Positions 27,071-36,218 are shown, counted from the stretch's first letter. The stretch is DNA of 50,946 nt from an uncultured Candidatus Saccharibacteria bacterium (GCA_964358425.1 CAYHON010000001.1:21609-72554); one strand, 5' to 3'. Program-made: numbers and translations. Notes: generated by a model not told the origin, from the letters alone.

Positions 27071-27814
27071 CTAAACAGGGTCAACAGGGCCGACTACTTC
27101 GCGGGTCTTTTTGAGCCGTTCAAAATCTATCAGTACCATCACCGCCATGGTGGAGAGAAGCAGTATCAGATAAAAAGTCCCTTGCGGTATTATACCACGG
27201 ATTAAAATAAGATAGTTAAAAATAGTATGCAGAATGGAGGCAATGATTATGCCCAGCGCCACGAAATGATGCCGGCGGGGATGAAAAAAGGCGCGCGCGA
27301 GAAAAAATCCCACCAAGCCGGAGGATAAAGCGTGCAGGAGGTTGGCTCCCAGGAAGCGGTTGGTGGCAATCTCCATGCCGAGCAGGGCGTTGCTGCGGAA
27401 TATCGGAAAAAGAAAAAGGATATTTTCCAGTGCCGCAAAACCCATGGCCGCGGTCATCATATAAATCATGCCGTCAATCGGCTCGTCAAAATCCTTTTTT
27501 TTGAGTACCAGAAATTTTACCGGCAGATATTTCACGTATTCTTCTATCAGGGCTATAACTCCAAAAAGTACCAGGGGACTTAAGTTGGCATCAAGGCCTC
27601 CCCGGCAGGAGCCGGTGGCGAGCGCCACCCAAGCACACTCTCCCACCAGCGCCAGGATGGCCGAAGCCATGCCACCGACAAAAACCAGGATGAGGAGTTT
27701 TTTAGGCTCGGGGTGGCCGTCTTCGCGCAAATAAAACATCAGCCACAAAATAGGGGGCAGGAGCGCAAACAGGACATAGCTTAAATTGGTACTGACGACG
27801 ACAGCGGCTTCCAT
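27071..27814 (-). CDS. PrsW-family intramembrane protease
   Basis: It has multiple TM segments with the EEYVKY and H..S/H..FN motifs typical of PrsW. Confidence 0.7.
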   Translation of the reverse strand: MEAAVVVSTNLSYVLFALLPPILWLMFYLREDGHPEPKKLLILVFVGGMASAILALVGECAWVALATGSCRGGLDANLSPLVLFGVIALIEEYVKYLPVKFLVLKKKDFDEPIDGMIYMMTAAMGFAALENILFLFPIFRSNALLGMEIATNRFLGANLLHALSSGLVGFFLARAFFHPRRHHFVALGIIIASILHTIFNYLILIRGIIPQGTFYLILLLSTMAVMVLIDFERLKKTREVVGPVDPV

Positions 27815-30025
27815 TTATTTTTTAGGCCATTCTTCTACCAGCAGAAGTTTTTTATTCTCTACAGGAAGTTTATCCCAAATTTCCTCCGTTATGAAGGGGA
27901 CAAAAGGATGCAATAATTTTAAAACATCTTTTAGGACGTGGGCCAGGATGGCTCGGGTTGAATCGGCCAGAGCAGGATCTTTAAGCTGGGATTTGCTTTC
28001 TTCCAAATAAATATCGGCCAGATCGTGCCAGGTAAATTGGTAAATCAATTGCGCCGCTTCATGCAAAGAGAAATTATCCAGATATTCGGTCATCTGTGTT
28101 TTAACGTTTGCCAGTTTTTCCAAAATTGATTTATCGGCTTCGGTTTTTGGCTCGGGTACAGCCGCAAAATCTTTTTTATCTGTAGAGGCCAAAATGAAAC
28201 GGGTGATATTCCAGAGTTTGTTGCAGAAATATTTCATACCCCGTATTTTATCCTCGGATAAAGGTATGTCGTTGCCGGCGGCGGTGGAGAAGATAAGGGC
28301 GAAACGCAAGGCATCAGCCCCGTAGGTATCTATGACGCCCAGAGGATCTACGACATTACCCTTGGATTTGGACATTTTCTGGCGGTCTTTATCCCGTACC
28401 AGACCGTGCAGGAGGACTTTTTCAAAAGGAGGTTTCCCCGTGCGGTAGTAGGAAAACATAATCATCCTTGCCACCCAGAAAAACAAAATGTCCCAGGCGG
28501 TCTCCATCACCTGCGTCGGATAAAAATTTTCAAAAGTTTTTGTGCCATGCTTGACGTCGTTGGCCTGTATCGCCGCGTACGGCCATTGGCCCGATGAAAA
28601 CCAGGTATCAAAAGTGTCGGGGTCTTGTTTTAAATCGGCTGACCCGCACTTGGGACAGGCGGATATTTTATCTTCGGTGTCGGTTATGACTTCTCCGCAG
28701 GTGCAATATTTTACGGGGATAGGTATCCCCCACCAGATTTGGCGGGAGATGGGCCAGTCGCGGATGTTTTCCATCCAGTGCCTGAAGATTTTTTCAAACT
28801 TTTCGGTGACAATTTTTACCTCGCCCGAATCAATGGCTTTCAGCGCCATATCGCGCAAAGACGGCCGGCCGTCAGCGAGTGGTTTGGTCATAGCCACAAA
28901 CCACTGGGGTATTATCTGCGGCTCAATGACTGTATTGCATTTGTAGCAGATTTTGACGCTGTGTTTATAACCCTCATCGGTTTTTTCCAAAAACCCCTTG
29001 GATTTTAATTTCTCAACTATTTTGGCGCGGGCCTCGGCAATTTTTATACCCGCAAATTCCCCGGCTATTGGCCGTAATCTCCCGAATTTATCTATAATCT
29101 GCTCTTTATCCAGCTTATGGCGCTCGGCAATTTCAAAATCCGTAGCATCGTGCCAGGGAGTAATCGTCATCACCCCTGTGCCAAACTCCATATCTATCGC
29201 CTCGTCTTTTATAACCGTGGCCGTGATGGGGCCGTTAATCCATTCCAGACTTATTTTCTGTCCATCTTTATATTCTCGATACCGTTTGTCGGCAGGATGC
29301 ATAACCACGTATTTGTCGCCGAATTTTGTTTCGGGCCGGGCGGTGGCAATGGTGAAAGGCCCATATTTAAGATAGTACAAGGGTTCAGTCCGCTCTTCAT
29401 ATTTAGTTTCCAGGTCCGACAAGGCGGTCTGGTGTTTAGAGCACCAGTTGCCAATCCTGTCGCCGCGGTAAAGCAGGCCGTCGTCATGCATTTGTTCAAA
29501 AGTTTTGTAAACAATTTTTATGATTTCGGGATCCAGGGTAAAAATATTGCGACTCCAATCGCAGGATGCCCCCAATCTTTTTATGGCTTCTTCAGAAATG
29601 TGTTTATTTTCCTGAACATAATCCCAGATTTCTTTATAAAATTCCTCGCGCTCCATCTTGAAACGAGAGCGACCTTCTTTCTCTAACTTTTTCTCAAAAA
29701 CTACTTGAGTTTCAAATCCAGCGTGGTCGCTGCCGGGCAGCCACAAAGTTTTTTTGCCCAGCATGCGGTGGTATCTAATCAAAATATCCTGGATGGTGTA
29801 GCCCAAAGCATGTCCTACGTGCGACGGCGCGTTGGCGTTGGGCGGAGGCATGATAATGGTGTAGGTTTTGAGATCCTTCGCTTTGCTCAGGACTCGCTTC
29901 GCTCGGCTTTGGGCAGATTGTTTTGGTAAACAATCAGGATTAAAAAAACCGGATTTTTCCCAGAGAGTATAAATCTTATGCTCCGTTTCTTTTGGGTTAT
30001 AGGGTCCTTTTATTTCTTCAGGCAT
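27815..30025 (-). CDS. valS: Valyl-tRNA synthetase (short form, no C-terminal coiled-coil)
   Basis: It contains PPPNANAPSHVGHA (HIGH region), WLPGSDHAGFETQ and KMSKSKGN. A roughly 17 aa low-complexity insert sits near the N-terminus. Confidence 0.9.
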   Translation of the reverse strand: MPEEIKGPYNPKETEHKIYTLWEKSGFFNPDCLPKQSAQSRAKRVLSKAKDLKTYTIIMPPPNANAPSHVGHALGYTIQDILIRYHRMLGKKTLWLPGSDHAGFETQVVFEKKLEKEGRSRFKMEREEFYKEIWDYVQENKHISEEAIKRLGASCDWSRNIFTLDPEIIKIVYKTFEQMHDDGLLYRGDRIGNWCSKHQTALSDLETKYEERTEPLYYLKYGPFTIATARPETKFGDKYVVMHPADKRYREYKDGQKISLEWINGPITATVIKDEAIDMEFGTGVMTITPWHDATDFEIAERHKLDKEQIIDKFGRLRPIAGEFAGIKIAEARAKIVEKLKSKGFLEKTDEGYKHSVKICYKCNTVIEPQIIPQWFVAMTKPLADGRPSLRDMALKAIDSGEVKIVTEKFEKIFRHWMENIRDWPISRQIWWGIPIPVKYCTCGEVITDTEDKISACPKCGSADLKQDPDTFDTWFSSGQWPYAAIQANDVKHGTKTFENFYPTQVMETAWDILFFWVARMIMFSYYRTGKPPFEKVLLHGLVRDKDRQKMSKSKGNVVDPLGVIDTYGADALRFALIFSTAAGNDIPLSEDKIRGMKYFCNKLWNITRFILASTDKKDFAAVPEPKTEADKSILEKLANVKTQMTEYLDNFSLHEAAQLIYQFTWHDLADIYLEESKSQLKDPALADSTRAILAHVLKDVLKLLHPFVPFITEEIWDKLPVENKKLLLVEEWPKK

Positions 30026-30162
30026 GGCCTTATTATAGCATTTTCAAATACTTTTCCCCAGTCTCAAATTAGTAGCTGCTTCTAACCCCCCAGATTTTTA
30101 AGGGGTTTTAAGATTTTTATTTCCTGAATAAGATTCATAAAGTACACTCTGATTGACACAAG

Positions 30163-30192
30163 ATATAACCCCAGTATATACTGGGGTTATAT
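30163..30192. promoter_or_regulatory. Perfect 30 bp palindromic operator overlapping the -10 and the start codon of the antitoxin gene
   Basis: The palindrome is ATATAACCCCAGTAT/ATACTGGGGTTATAT. TTGACA (30153-30158), a 16 nt spacer and TATATA (30175-30180) lie just upstream and within it. Confidence 0.7.
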
Positions 30193-30466
30193 GGAAAAAA
30201 CGCTAATAAATATCAAAACCGACAAAAAATTAAAAAAAGAAGCTCAAAAAGTAGCTCAAGAACTGGGCCTGCCTTTAGGTACTATAATCAATGCGTATCT
30301 GCGGGAGCTGATCCGTGAAAAAAGGGTCGTATTTTCTTCACCGTCGATGCCGAACGAAAAAACCCAAAAAATGCTTAAGAAAATTGAGGCTGATCTGCGG
30401 TCAGGAAAAAATGTTAAAGGTCCCTTCTCTTATGAAATGGCAATTAATTATCTTCATTCTCTATGA
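30191..30466 (+). CDS. RelB/DinJ-family antitoxin
   Basis: The N-terminus has a ribbon-helix-helix-like pattern (INIKTDKKLKKEAQKVAQELGLPLGTIINAYL). It overlaps the toxin ORF by 4 nt (ATGA). Confidence 0.75.
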   Translation: MEKTLINIKTDKKLKKEAQKVAQELGLPLGTIINAYLRELIREKRVVFSSPSMPNEKTQKMLKKIEADLRSGKNVKGPFSYEMAINYLHSL

Positions 30467-30723
30467 GGGTATCTTTCCACAGGAATTTCAGCCGGGATTA
30501 CCAGCGATTATCGTCTAAAGTCAGAAAGCAATTTGAGAAACGTTTAAGACTATTTTTAGAAGACCCTTTTCATGTTTTGCTAAATAATCACGCTTTGCAT
30601 GGAGAATGGAAAGAGTATCGCAGTATCAATGTAACCGGCAATTTAAGGGCAATTTATAAACACTGTAGCGATGATGTGGTTGAGTTTGTAATAATTGATA
30701 CTCACGGCAATCTGTATTCTTGA
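30463..30723 (+). CDS. RelE/YafQ-family mRNA interferase toxin
   Basis: It is 86 aa and contains ...LNNHALHGEWKEYRSINVTGNLRAIY....V.F..IDTH..LY. Confidence 0.75.
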   Translation: MRVSFHRNFSRDYQRLSSKVRKQFEKRLRLFLEDPFHVLLNNHALHGEWKEYRSINVTGNLRAIYKHCSDDVVEFVIIDTHGNLYS

Positions 30724-30727
30724 TTTG

Positions 30728-31909
30728 CTAATTACCCAATCTCAAATTAGCATCTGCCTCTAACTTTTCCAGATTTTTGACAGGTTTAAGTATCTTAACT
30801 TCCGCCCAAGCGGCCAGCGCAATCATTAAAGCGTTATCTCCGGTCAGAGAAGTTGGTGACAAGAGACAAGTAACTTTTGGAAATTCTTTTTTTATGGACT
30901 CCGAAAAATCGTGACGGAGTTTTTTATTGGCCGCCACTCCCCCGCCCAGGATGATGGTCTTGGGTTTGTATTCTTTGGCCGCGGCTAGAGTTTTTTTGAT
31001 TAATACTTCTACCACCGCGTCTTGGAATTCCCGGGCGATAGCCGGTTTTAATTTATTTATATTTTTCTTGGCAGCTTTCAAATCGCGAAGCAAATAAAGT
31101 ACGGCGGTTTTTAGACCGGAAAAGGAGAAATTATAATCTTTGGAATTTAGCATTGGTCTCGGTAGTTTAATTCCTTGTCGTTTGCCTGCCTGTCCGGTAG
31201 GCAGGTCGCTTGTCACTTGTCGCTTGTCGGCCAAGGACGATATTTCCGGTCCCCCAGGATAAGCAAGGCCGAGAAGTCTCGCGACTTTATCAAAACATTC
31301 CCCCGCCGCGTCATCCAGCGTCTCTCCGATTATTTGGTAGTGTCCCAGTTTTTTGGAGTAGACGAGTTGAGTGTGTCCGCCGGAGACTATTAAGGATAAA
31401 AAAGGAAAAATGATGGATGTCATCCTGAGGGCAGTGCCCGAAGGATCTCTATGAGATTCTTCGCTCTCCGACCTCGTCTCGACTCGATCGAGGACGGGTC
31501 GCTCAGAATGACTGATGGGTTGTGAAAAAGCGGAGTAAATGTGTCCTTTAAGATGATTTACGGCGACCAGCGGTTTTTTAAATTTTTGCGCCAAACTTAC
31601 GGCAAAATTTACTCCCGTCCAAAGACAAGGAGCAAGACCGGGCCCATACGTTACAGCTATCAAATCTATACCTTCCGAAAATTTAGCATGAAAGAACGAT
31701 CGTTGGCTCATGCTAAGTTGTTTCCAGAGAATCGGTAAATTTTTAAGATGCTCCCTTTTGGCCAGATTGGGAAATACCCCGCCATAAGGACGGTGTATTT
31801 CTATCTGCGAAGACACTAAATTAGCGAGAACCCTTACCTTGTCTTTACTGGCTTCAATTAGAGCTAAACCAGTTTCGTCGCAACTTGTCTCAATAGCTAA
31901 AATACGCAT
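30728..31909 (-). CDS. tsaD: tRNA N6-adenosine threonylcarbamoyltransferase TsaD, carrying two in-frame repeat-derived inserts
   Basis: It contains ILAIETSCDET, VNHLKGH, VSGGHTQL, DFSFSGLKTA and GGGVAAN. At 393 aa it is longer than the usual size of about 340 aa. Confidence 0.9.
   Translation of the reverse strand: MRILAIETSCDETGLALIEASKDKVRVLANLVSSQIEIHRPYGGVFPNLAKREHLKNLPILWKQLSMSQRSFFHAKFSEGIDLIAVTYGPGLAPCLWTGVNFAVSLAQKFKKPLVAVNHLKGHIYSAFSQPISHSERPVLDRVETRSESEESHRDPSGTALRMTSIIFPFLSLIVSGGHTQLVYSKKLGHYQIIGETLDDAAGECFDKVARLLGLAYPGGPEISSLADKRQVTSDLPTGQAGKRQGIKLPRPMLNSKDYNFSFSGLKTAVLYLLRDLKAAKKNINKLKPAIAREFQDAVVEVLIKKTLAAAKEYKPKTIILGGGVAANKKLRHDFSESIKKEFPKVTCLLSPTSLTGDNALMIALAAWAEVKILKPVKNLEKLEADANLRLGN
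31419..31512. repeat. 94 nt structured repeat element inserted in-frame in tsaD
   Basis: Terminal inverted repeats GTCATCCTGAG / CTCAGAATGAC enclose two internal hairpins: GAAGGATCTC-TAT-GAGATTCTTC, and CGACCTCG...CGAGG..GGTCG. Confidence 0.7.
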
Positions 31910-31931
31910 AATCAGTTTATCCTACTTAATT

Positions 31932-31963
31932 AAAAAAAATTCGGCAACCACCAGGTTGCCGAA
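31932..31963 (-). terminator. Rho-independent terminator after the 267 aa kinase-like gene
   Basis: TTCGGCAACC-ACCA-GGTTGCCGAA forms a 10 bp stem followed by a T-run on the minus strand. Confidence 0.75.
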
Positions 31964-31990
31964 ATAATTTTTCTAAAGGCTCAATCTTTT

Positions 31991-32794
31991 TTATGGACAG
32001 CAAGCGCTGTCAAGAATCTTCTTGACGTGTCCATGCACGTCATTCCAGACACTTTGTGGACTAAGCAGAAGCGGTCTTATTATGACCACCCGGAAAGGCT
32101 CGAAAGAACCCAGGTATAGGGAATCAATAATTTCCTCGTAAGCCCCGCATATCTTTTTGACAAAGTTGAACCTTTCAGACAATTTTTGACGTCCAGTCAA
32201 TTTCAGGGCGGCGCGCGCAAGACACACTTCAGGTTCCATTATAGAGACGAACATCAGGTCCGGAAAAATCAACTTATCTCCGATAATCTCTTTCTGTATT
32301 TTCCACAGATCTCTCCAGCGCAACGAGCCGGAAGCCGCGCCGAGGGCAAGGATGTGGAAAACAAACTGGTCGCAAATTACCACAGTTCCAGATTGCCGGC
32401 GTTGGGCGATGGAGTCCAGATGGAACAAGTGGTCAAATATAAGGCAATACTGCAAAAGCATGGCCAGATTGTCGTTGTTTCCTCTAAGAAGTTCATTTGC
32501 AAATTTTTCAAAAATCTTAAAATAATCCAACTGGACTGGTTCTAACCCGTCCTTGAGCCCAAGAAGAAAAGAAGACCCCAGAAACATACGAATTGCTAAA
32601 TCTGTTTCTCCTCTGTCACCGGATAAAATCGCTCGCGCTATATTTCCGAAGACGCTACACTCCGTAGGCTCGGTATCAACATCAACTTTGATTACAGCTT
32701 CATGCAAATGATGTTTTAACATCTCTGCTTGTGTGGTTTTCCCCGATCCAGGCGGCCCTTCAAAAGCAATTAGTTTTCCCGGAAGTTTCTCCAC
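31991..32794 (-). CDS. Divergent P-loop nucleotide/nucleoside kinase, thymidylate-kinase-like
   Basis: The N-terminus LIAFEGPPGSGKTTQAEML resembles the Tmk P-loop. The rest of the protein is divergent and longer (267 aa). Confidence 0.4.
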   Translation of the reverse strand: MEKLPGKLIAFEGPPGSGKTTQAEMLKHHLHEAVIKVDVDTEPTECSVFGNIARAILSGDRGETDLAIRMFLGSSFLLGLKDGLEPVQLDYFKIFEKFANELLRGNNDNLAMLLQYCLIFDHLFHLDSIAQRRQSGTVVICDQFVFHILALGAASGSLRWRDLWKIQKEIIGDKLIFPDLMFVSIMEPEVCLARAALKLTGRQKLSERFNFVKKICGAYEEIIDSLYLGSFEPFRVVIIRPLLLSPQSVWNDVHGHVKKILDSACCP

Positions 32795-32860
32795 GGTGTC
32801 TCCTTTCTAAAAACTAATGTAAAACAGCTTTTGTCTATATTACGCCTCGTCTAAAAACAG

Positions 32861-33349
32861 TCAAACCCTTTCCAAAACTACAAAATCGCAGGCGTAAGGA
32901 TTATCTTTGTCGGCCGGAAAATGTTCTTTTTTAATCTCTCCCCATTCCTGCAAATTAAAATCCGGAAAATAAACATCCCCCTCAAAAGCGTGGTCTATGA
33001 AAGTCAGATACATTCTTTGGGCCAGAGGCAGGAATTCTTTAAAAACCCTCTCTCCCCCGATAACCAGCGCCTCCTCGTGTCCGGCGGCCTTCTCCCGCGC
33101 CTCTTCTTTGGAATAAACCACGACGACCCCATCCGGCGCCATAAAACTTTTATTTTGAGTCAAGACGATATTCAGGCGGTTGGGCAGTGGATGGCCGATG
33201 GACTCATAAGTTTTGCGGCCCATAATTACCGCTTTCCCTTCGGTCAGTTTTTTAAAGCGCTTTAAATCCCCCGGCAGGTGCCAGGGCAGACCGTTGTTTT
33301 TGCCTATGACCCGATTGCGGTCTAAGGCGGCGATAAGTGAAATTATCAT
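32861..33349 (-). CDS. folA: Dihydrofolate reductase
   Basis: It contains IAALDRNRVIGKNNGLPWHLPGDLKRFKKLT...VIMGRKTYESIG. Confidence 0.9.
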   Translation of the reverse strand: MIISLIAALDRNRVIGKNNGLPWHLPGDLKRFKKLTEGKAVIMGRKTYESIGHPLPNRLNIVLTQNKSFMAPDGVVVVYSKEEAREKAAGHEEALVIGGERVFKEFLPLAQRMYLTFIDHAFEGDVYFPDFNLQEWGEIKKEHFPADKDNPYACDFVVLERV

Positions 33350-33381
33350 AATATTAAAATTCCACCCTAAAACAGGGTGGA

Positions 33382-34227
33382 TTAAACCGCCATCGGCGCT
33401 TTGATGGCGGGATGATACTGGTAATTTTCCAGACGGATGTCATCCATCAAAAATGAATCTATATCCTTTACCTCCGGATTTAGCCAGAGAGTGGGCAAGG
33501 AATAATGCTCGCGAGTAAGCTGTTCTCGGACTTGGTCAAAATGATTGTGATAAATATGAGCATCGGCCAAGATCAAGATTAGTTCCCCGGGTTTTAATCC
33601 TGCGACTTGAGCAAGCATGCGGGTCAGCAGGGCGTAAGAGGCGATATTGAAAGGAACTCCCAGAAACATATCGCAGGATCGTTGGTACATGCAGAGAGAT
33701 AACATATTATTGGCCACAAAACACTGGAAAAACATATGGCACGGAGGCAGGGCCATCTGGTCCAGTTCTCCCGGGTTCCAGGCGGTCACGATAAGCCGGC
33801 GGTCATTCGGGTCTTTTTTAAGACGCGCTATTAAATCAGCCAGCTGGTCGTGGGGTTTTAAAACAAGATTTTCGCCGTCCAGTATGGGTTTCTGCCATTT
33901 GCGCCATTGCACGCCGTAAACTCTCCCCACATCTCCTTCAAAAGTTGCCTTAGGCTTCCAATAGGGGGCATCGGCATTTTCGTCCCAGATGTGGCAACCC
34001 AAAGCTCGCAGGTCTTTTACGTCCCGACTTCCTTTTATAAACCATAGGAGCTCCGCTTTAACTTGATTAAAAGCAAGACGTTTTGTTGTTACTGCCGGGA
34101 ATAAACCTTGAGTCAAATCAAAACGCAGAGGTTTGACGAAAAGAGCCCGGGAATCAATACCAGTACGATTGGGTCGGTCAACTCCTTTTTCTAAAATTTC
34201 TTTTAGGGTATCCAGGTATTGCCTCAT
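33382..34227 (-). CDS. thyA: Thymidylate synthase ThyA
   Basis: It contains RTG, LPPCH, YQRSCD, GVPFNIASYALL (Asn retained, so dUMP-specific) and DAHIYHNH, with a C-terminal PMAV. Confidence 0.95.
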   Translation of the reverse strand: MRQYLDTLKEILEKGVDRPNRTGIDSRALFVKPLRFDLTQGLFPAVTTKRLAFNQVKAELLWFIKGSRDVKDLRALGCHIWDENADAPYWKPKATFEGDVGRVYGVQWRKWQKPILDGENLVLKPHDQLADLIARLKKDPNDRRLIVTAWNPGELDQMALPPCHMFFQCFVANNMLSLCMYQRSCDMFLGVPFNIASYALLTRMLAQVAGLKPGELILILADAHIYHNHFDQVREQLTREHYSLPTLWLNPEVKDIDSFLMDDIRLENYQYHPAIKAPMAV

Positions 34228-34350
34228 GAAATTGTCCTTTCTAAATATAAATATAACCGCCCCAAGTTTAATCAGTTATGAGATGTAAAATGTCTGCCTG
34301 CCAACATAACAAATTTATGACTGTGTGTCGAACTTTACAACTCTCATTTC

Positions 34351-34947
34351 TTATTGTCCCATTCTAAGTTTTGTTACGGTTTTCCAGACAATTTTTTCTA
34401 TTACCTCAGCCGGCTGGTTGGCGGATATTTCCTGCCAGCCGTATTCTTGGGCCAGCTGCCGATGGATACGGCGGACTTTTTTGGTCAAGTCGTTATCGGC
34501 TTCATGCCGGTGGTTTTTTTCGCTGGCGGATAAAAAACGTTCTCCGTCGAGCAGAAACACGTGGTCTTCCTTGAGCAATCCTTCGTTGAGCCGGACCAAA
34601 AAATCTTTACGGACTCCGGCTCCCGCCCCCCAGGCGATACTGGTGCCCCGATAATCTTCGGCTACGACGGTTATTCCTTGGTTTAATTTTTCCTCCAGCT
34701 CGGGCTGATATTGGTATCGGTTGGCGGCGGCGATTATTTGAAACTCTCTCGGAGTGAGATTGTGCGGATTACCTCCCCGCAGGTATTCATTAAAAATTAT
34801 TCCCGTCGGATGCAGATCATAAATCGGATATTTAAGGTATTCCGCTTTTTTCCCGGCGTCTTTTAAACGTTTAACTAAAGATTTGGCCTGAGTTGTCTTG
34901 CCCACATTGTTGATGCCGTAAAAAACGATAAATTTTCCTCTGGGCAT
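34351..34947 (-). CDS. tmk: Thymidylate kinase
   Basis: It has the P-loop FYGINNVGKTTQ and the motif EDYRGTSIAWG, analogous to DRY..S..AYQ. Confidence 0.7.
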   Translation of the reverse strand: MPRGKFIVFYGINNVGKTTQAKSLVKRLKDAGKKAEYLKYPIYDLHPTGIIFNEYLRGGNPHNLTPREFQIIAAANRYQYQPELEEKLNQGITVVAEDYRGTSIAWGAGAGVRKDFLVRLNEGLLKEDHVFLLDGERFLSASEKNHRHEADNDLTKKVRRIHRQLAQEYGWQEISANQPAEVIEKIVWKTVTKLRMGQ

Positions 34948-34950
34948 AAT

Positions 34951-36078
34951 TTATGAGACCTTAAAATGTTTTGAGAGCCGCGGTGTGGCCGAGTCAAAAG
35001 TATAATTGGAGCCAGACAAAGCATCATAAGGAATTTTGGGAAGTTCAGACATTTTTTCAAATTTAATTTTAGCCGCCGGCTGGCTGTCCCGTAGGACCAA
35101 ATCTTCAAAGGGGCGGATCTCCAAAACCAACTGCCGTCCCCTGCCCTCTCCCTTCTTCCCCCAGCCGTAGCCAGGGTCAATAAAACCGGCATAGTGGGTC
35201 CGGAATTCTCCCGAGCGCGCATCCATCGGTACCATCTCACATGCCAGATGCGGCGGTACCAGCACCCTTTCTTTGGCGTGGAGTATATAAAACCCGCCTC
35301 GTTGCATATTTATTTTACCGCCGACGACCTTCAGGGGGCGGAAAAAATCCAAGGGCGCGTAATGATTGATTTTAGAGAAGTCCAAAATTTTTCTGTCGCC
35401 CAGGCATTCCCAGCCTGCCTGCGCACGCAGGCCGGCTGTGTCTAATCCTTGTTCCAGATCAATAGTTAAAATAAAAGAATTATCCCGATCTTTAATTTTT
35501 ATTTCCACGCTTTTCAGAGAATGTTCGCCCGTCTTATCCCACAGCAGCAAATCTTTTTTTAAAGAATCTTCCAGTTGTTTTTCATCCAACGTCGTGTCCT
35601 TGTTGAAAAACCTTATCTGCGACAGGGTCTCTCCGACAAATATTTTTATAGGAAAAGATTTTGGGGTGATAGCGATCCATACCTGTCCCCGGAATTTAGC
35701 CGGCAGAATATCATAGCGGGAAATACCGTCAGCCAGGATTCTTACCTGCACATCGTTGCGTCCGGTGCTGGATTTGGGATTGCAATGGGCGTAGGTACGG
35801 TAATCAAAACAAAACCTTTCTTTTATACGCGCAAGATAAGTAACATCGCGCTCCAATGGCCGGACGAAATCATGTTTTATAGCTCCCAAATCTTTCAGAG
35901 TGTCTCGTACTATTTCTCCCGGCCGGGGTAAAAAAATACCCTCCACCCGGTAAATTTCCGGCGAGAGGGTCAAGTCTAAAGAACCCGGCTTTACGTTGAC
36001 TAAGCCGGCGCCAGCAATAACGCCTCTTTGCATCATTCTTTTTATTTCCTGCGACGGCAGGGCTCCAAGTTTGACCAT
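34951..36078 (-). CDS. Long-form 2'-deoxycytidine 5'-triphosphate deaminase (DCD family)
   Basis: At 375 aa it contains NPKSSTGRNDV and AGFIDPGYGW, which are dCTP-deaminase/dUTPase-fold motifs. The size fits the roughly 360 aa DCD family. Confidence 0.6.
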   Translation of the reverse strand: MVKLGALPSQEIKRMMQRGVIAGAGLVNVKPGSLDLTLSPEIYRVEGIFLPRPGEIVRDTLKDLGAIKHDFVRPLERDVTYLARIKERFCFDYRTYAHCNPKSSTGRNDVQVRILADGISRYDILPAKFRGQVWIAITPKSFPIKIFVGETLSQIRFFNKDTTLDEKQLEDSLKKDLLLWDKTGEHSLKSVEIKIKDRDNSFILTIDLEQGLDTAGLRAQAGWECLGDRKILDFSKINHYAPLDFFRPLKVVGGKINMQRGGFYILHAKERVLVPPHLACEMVPMDARSGEFRTHYAGFIDPGYGWGKKGEGRGRQLVLEIRPFEDLVLRDSQPAAKIKFEKMSELPKIPYDALSGSNYTFDSATPRLSKHFKVS

Positions 36079-36128
36079 AATGTTTGTATCCGTATGGGGA
36101 TTATAGCAGAAAGCAGGCCTCGGGTGTC

Positions 36129-36160
36129 AAAAAAACTCCGTTTGAGACGGAGTTTTTTTG
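36129..36160. terminator. Bidirectional rho-independent terminator
   Basis: The sequence is AAAAAACTCCGT-TTGAG-ACGGAGTTTTTT. Confidence 0.8.
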
Positions 36161-36218
36161 TGCAGAGATTATTTTACTTCTATGCCCTAAATCGCGCTGT
36201 AAGCGCGATCGGGCGAAA

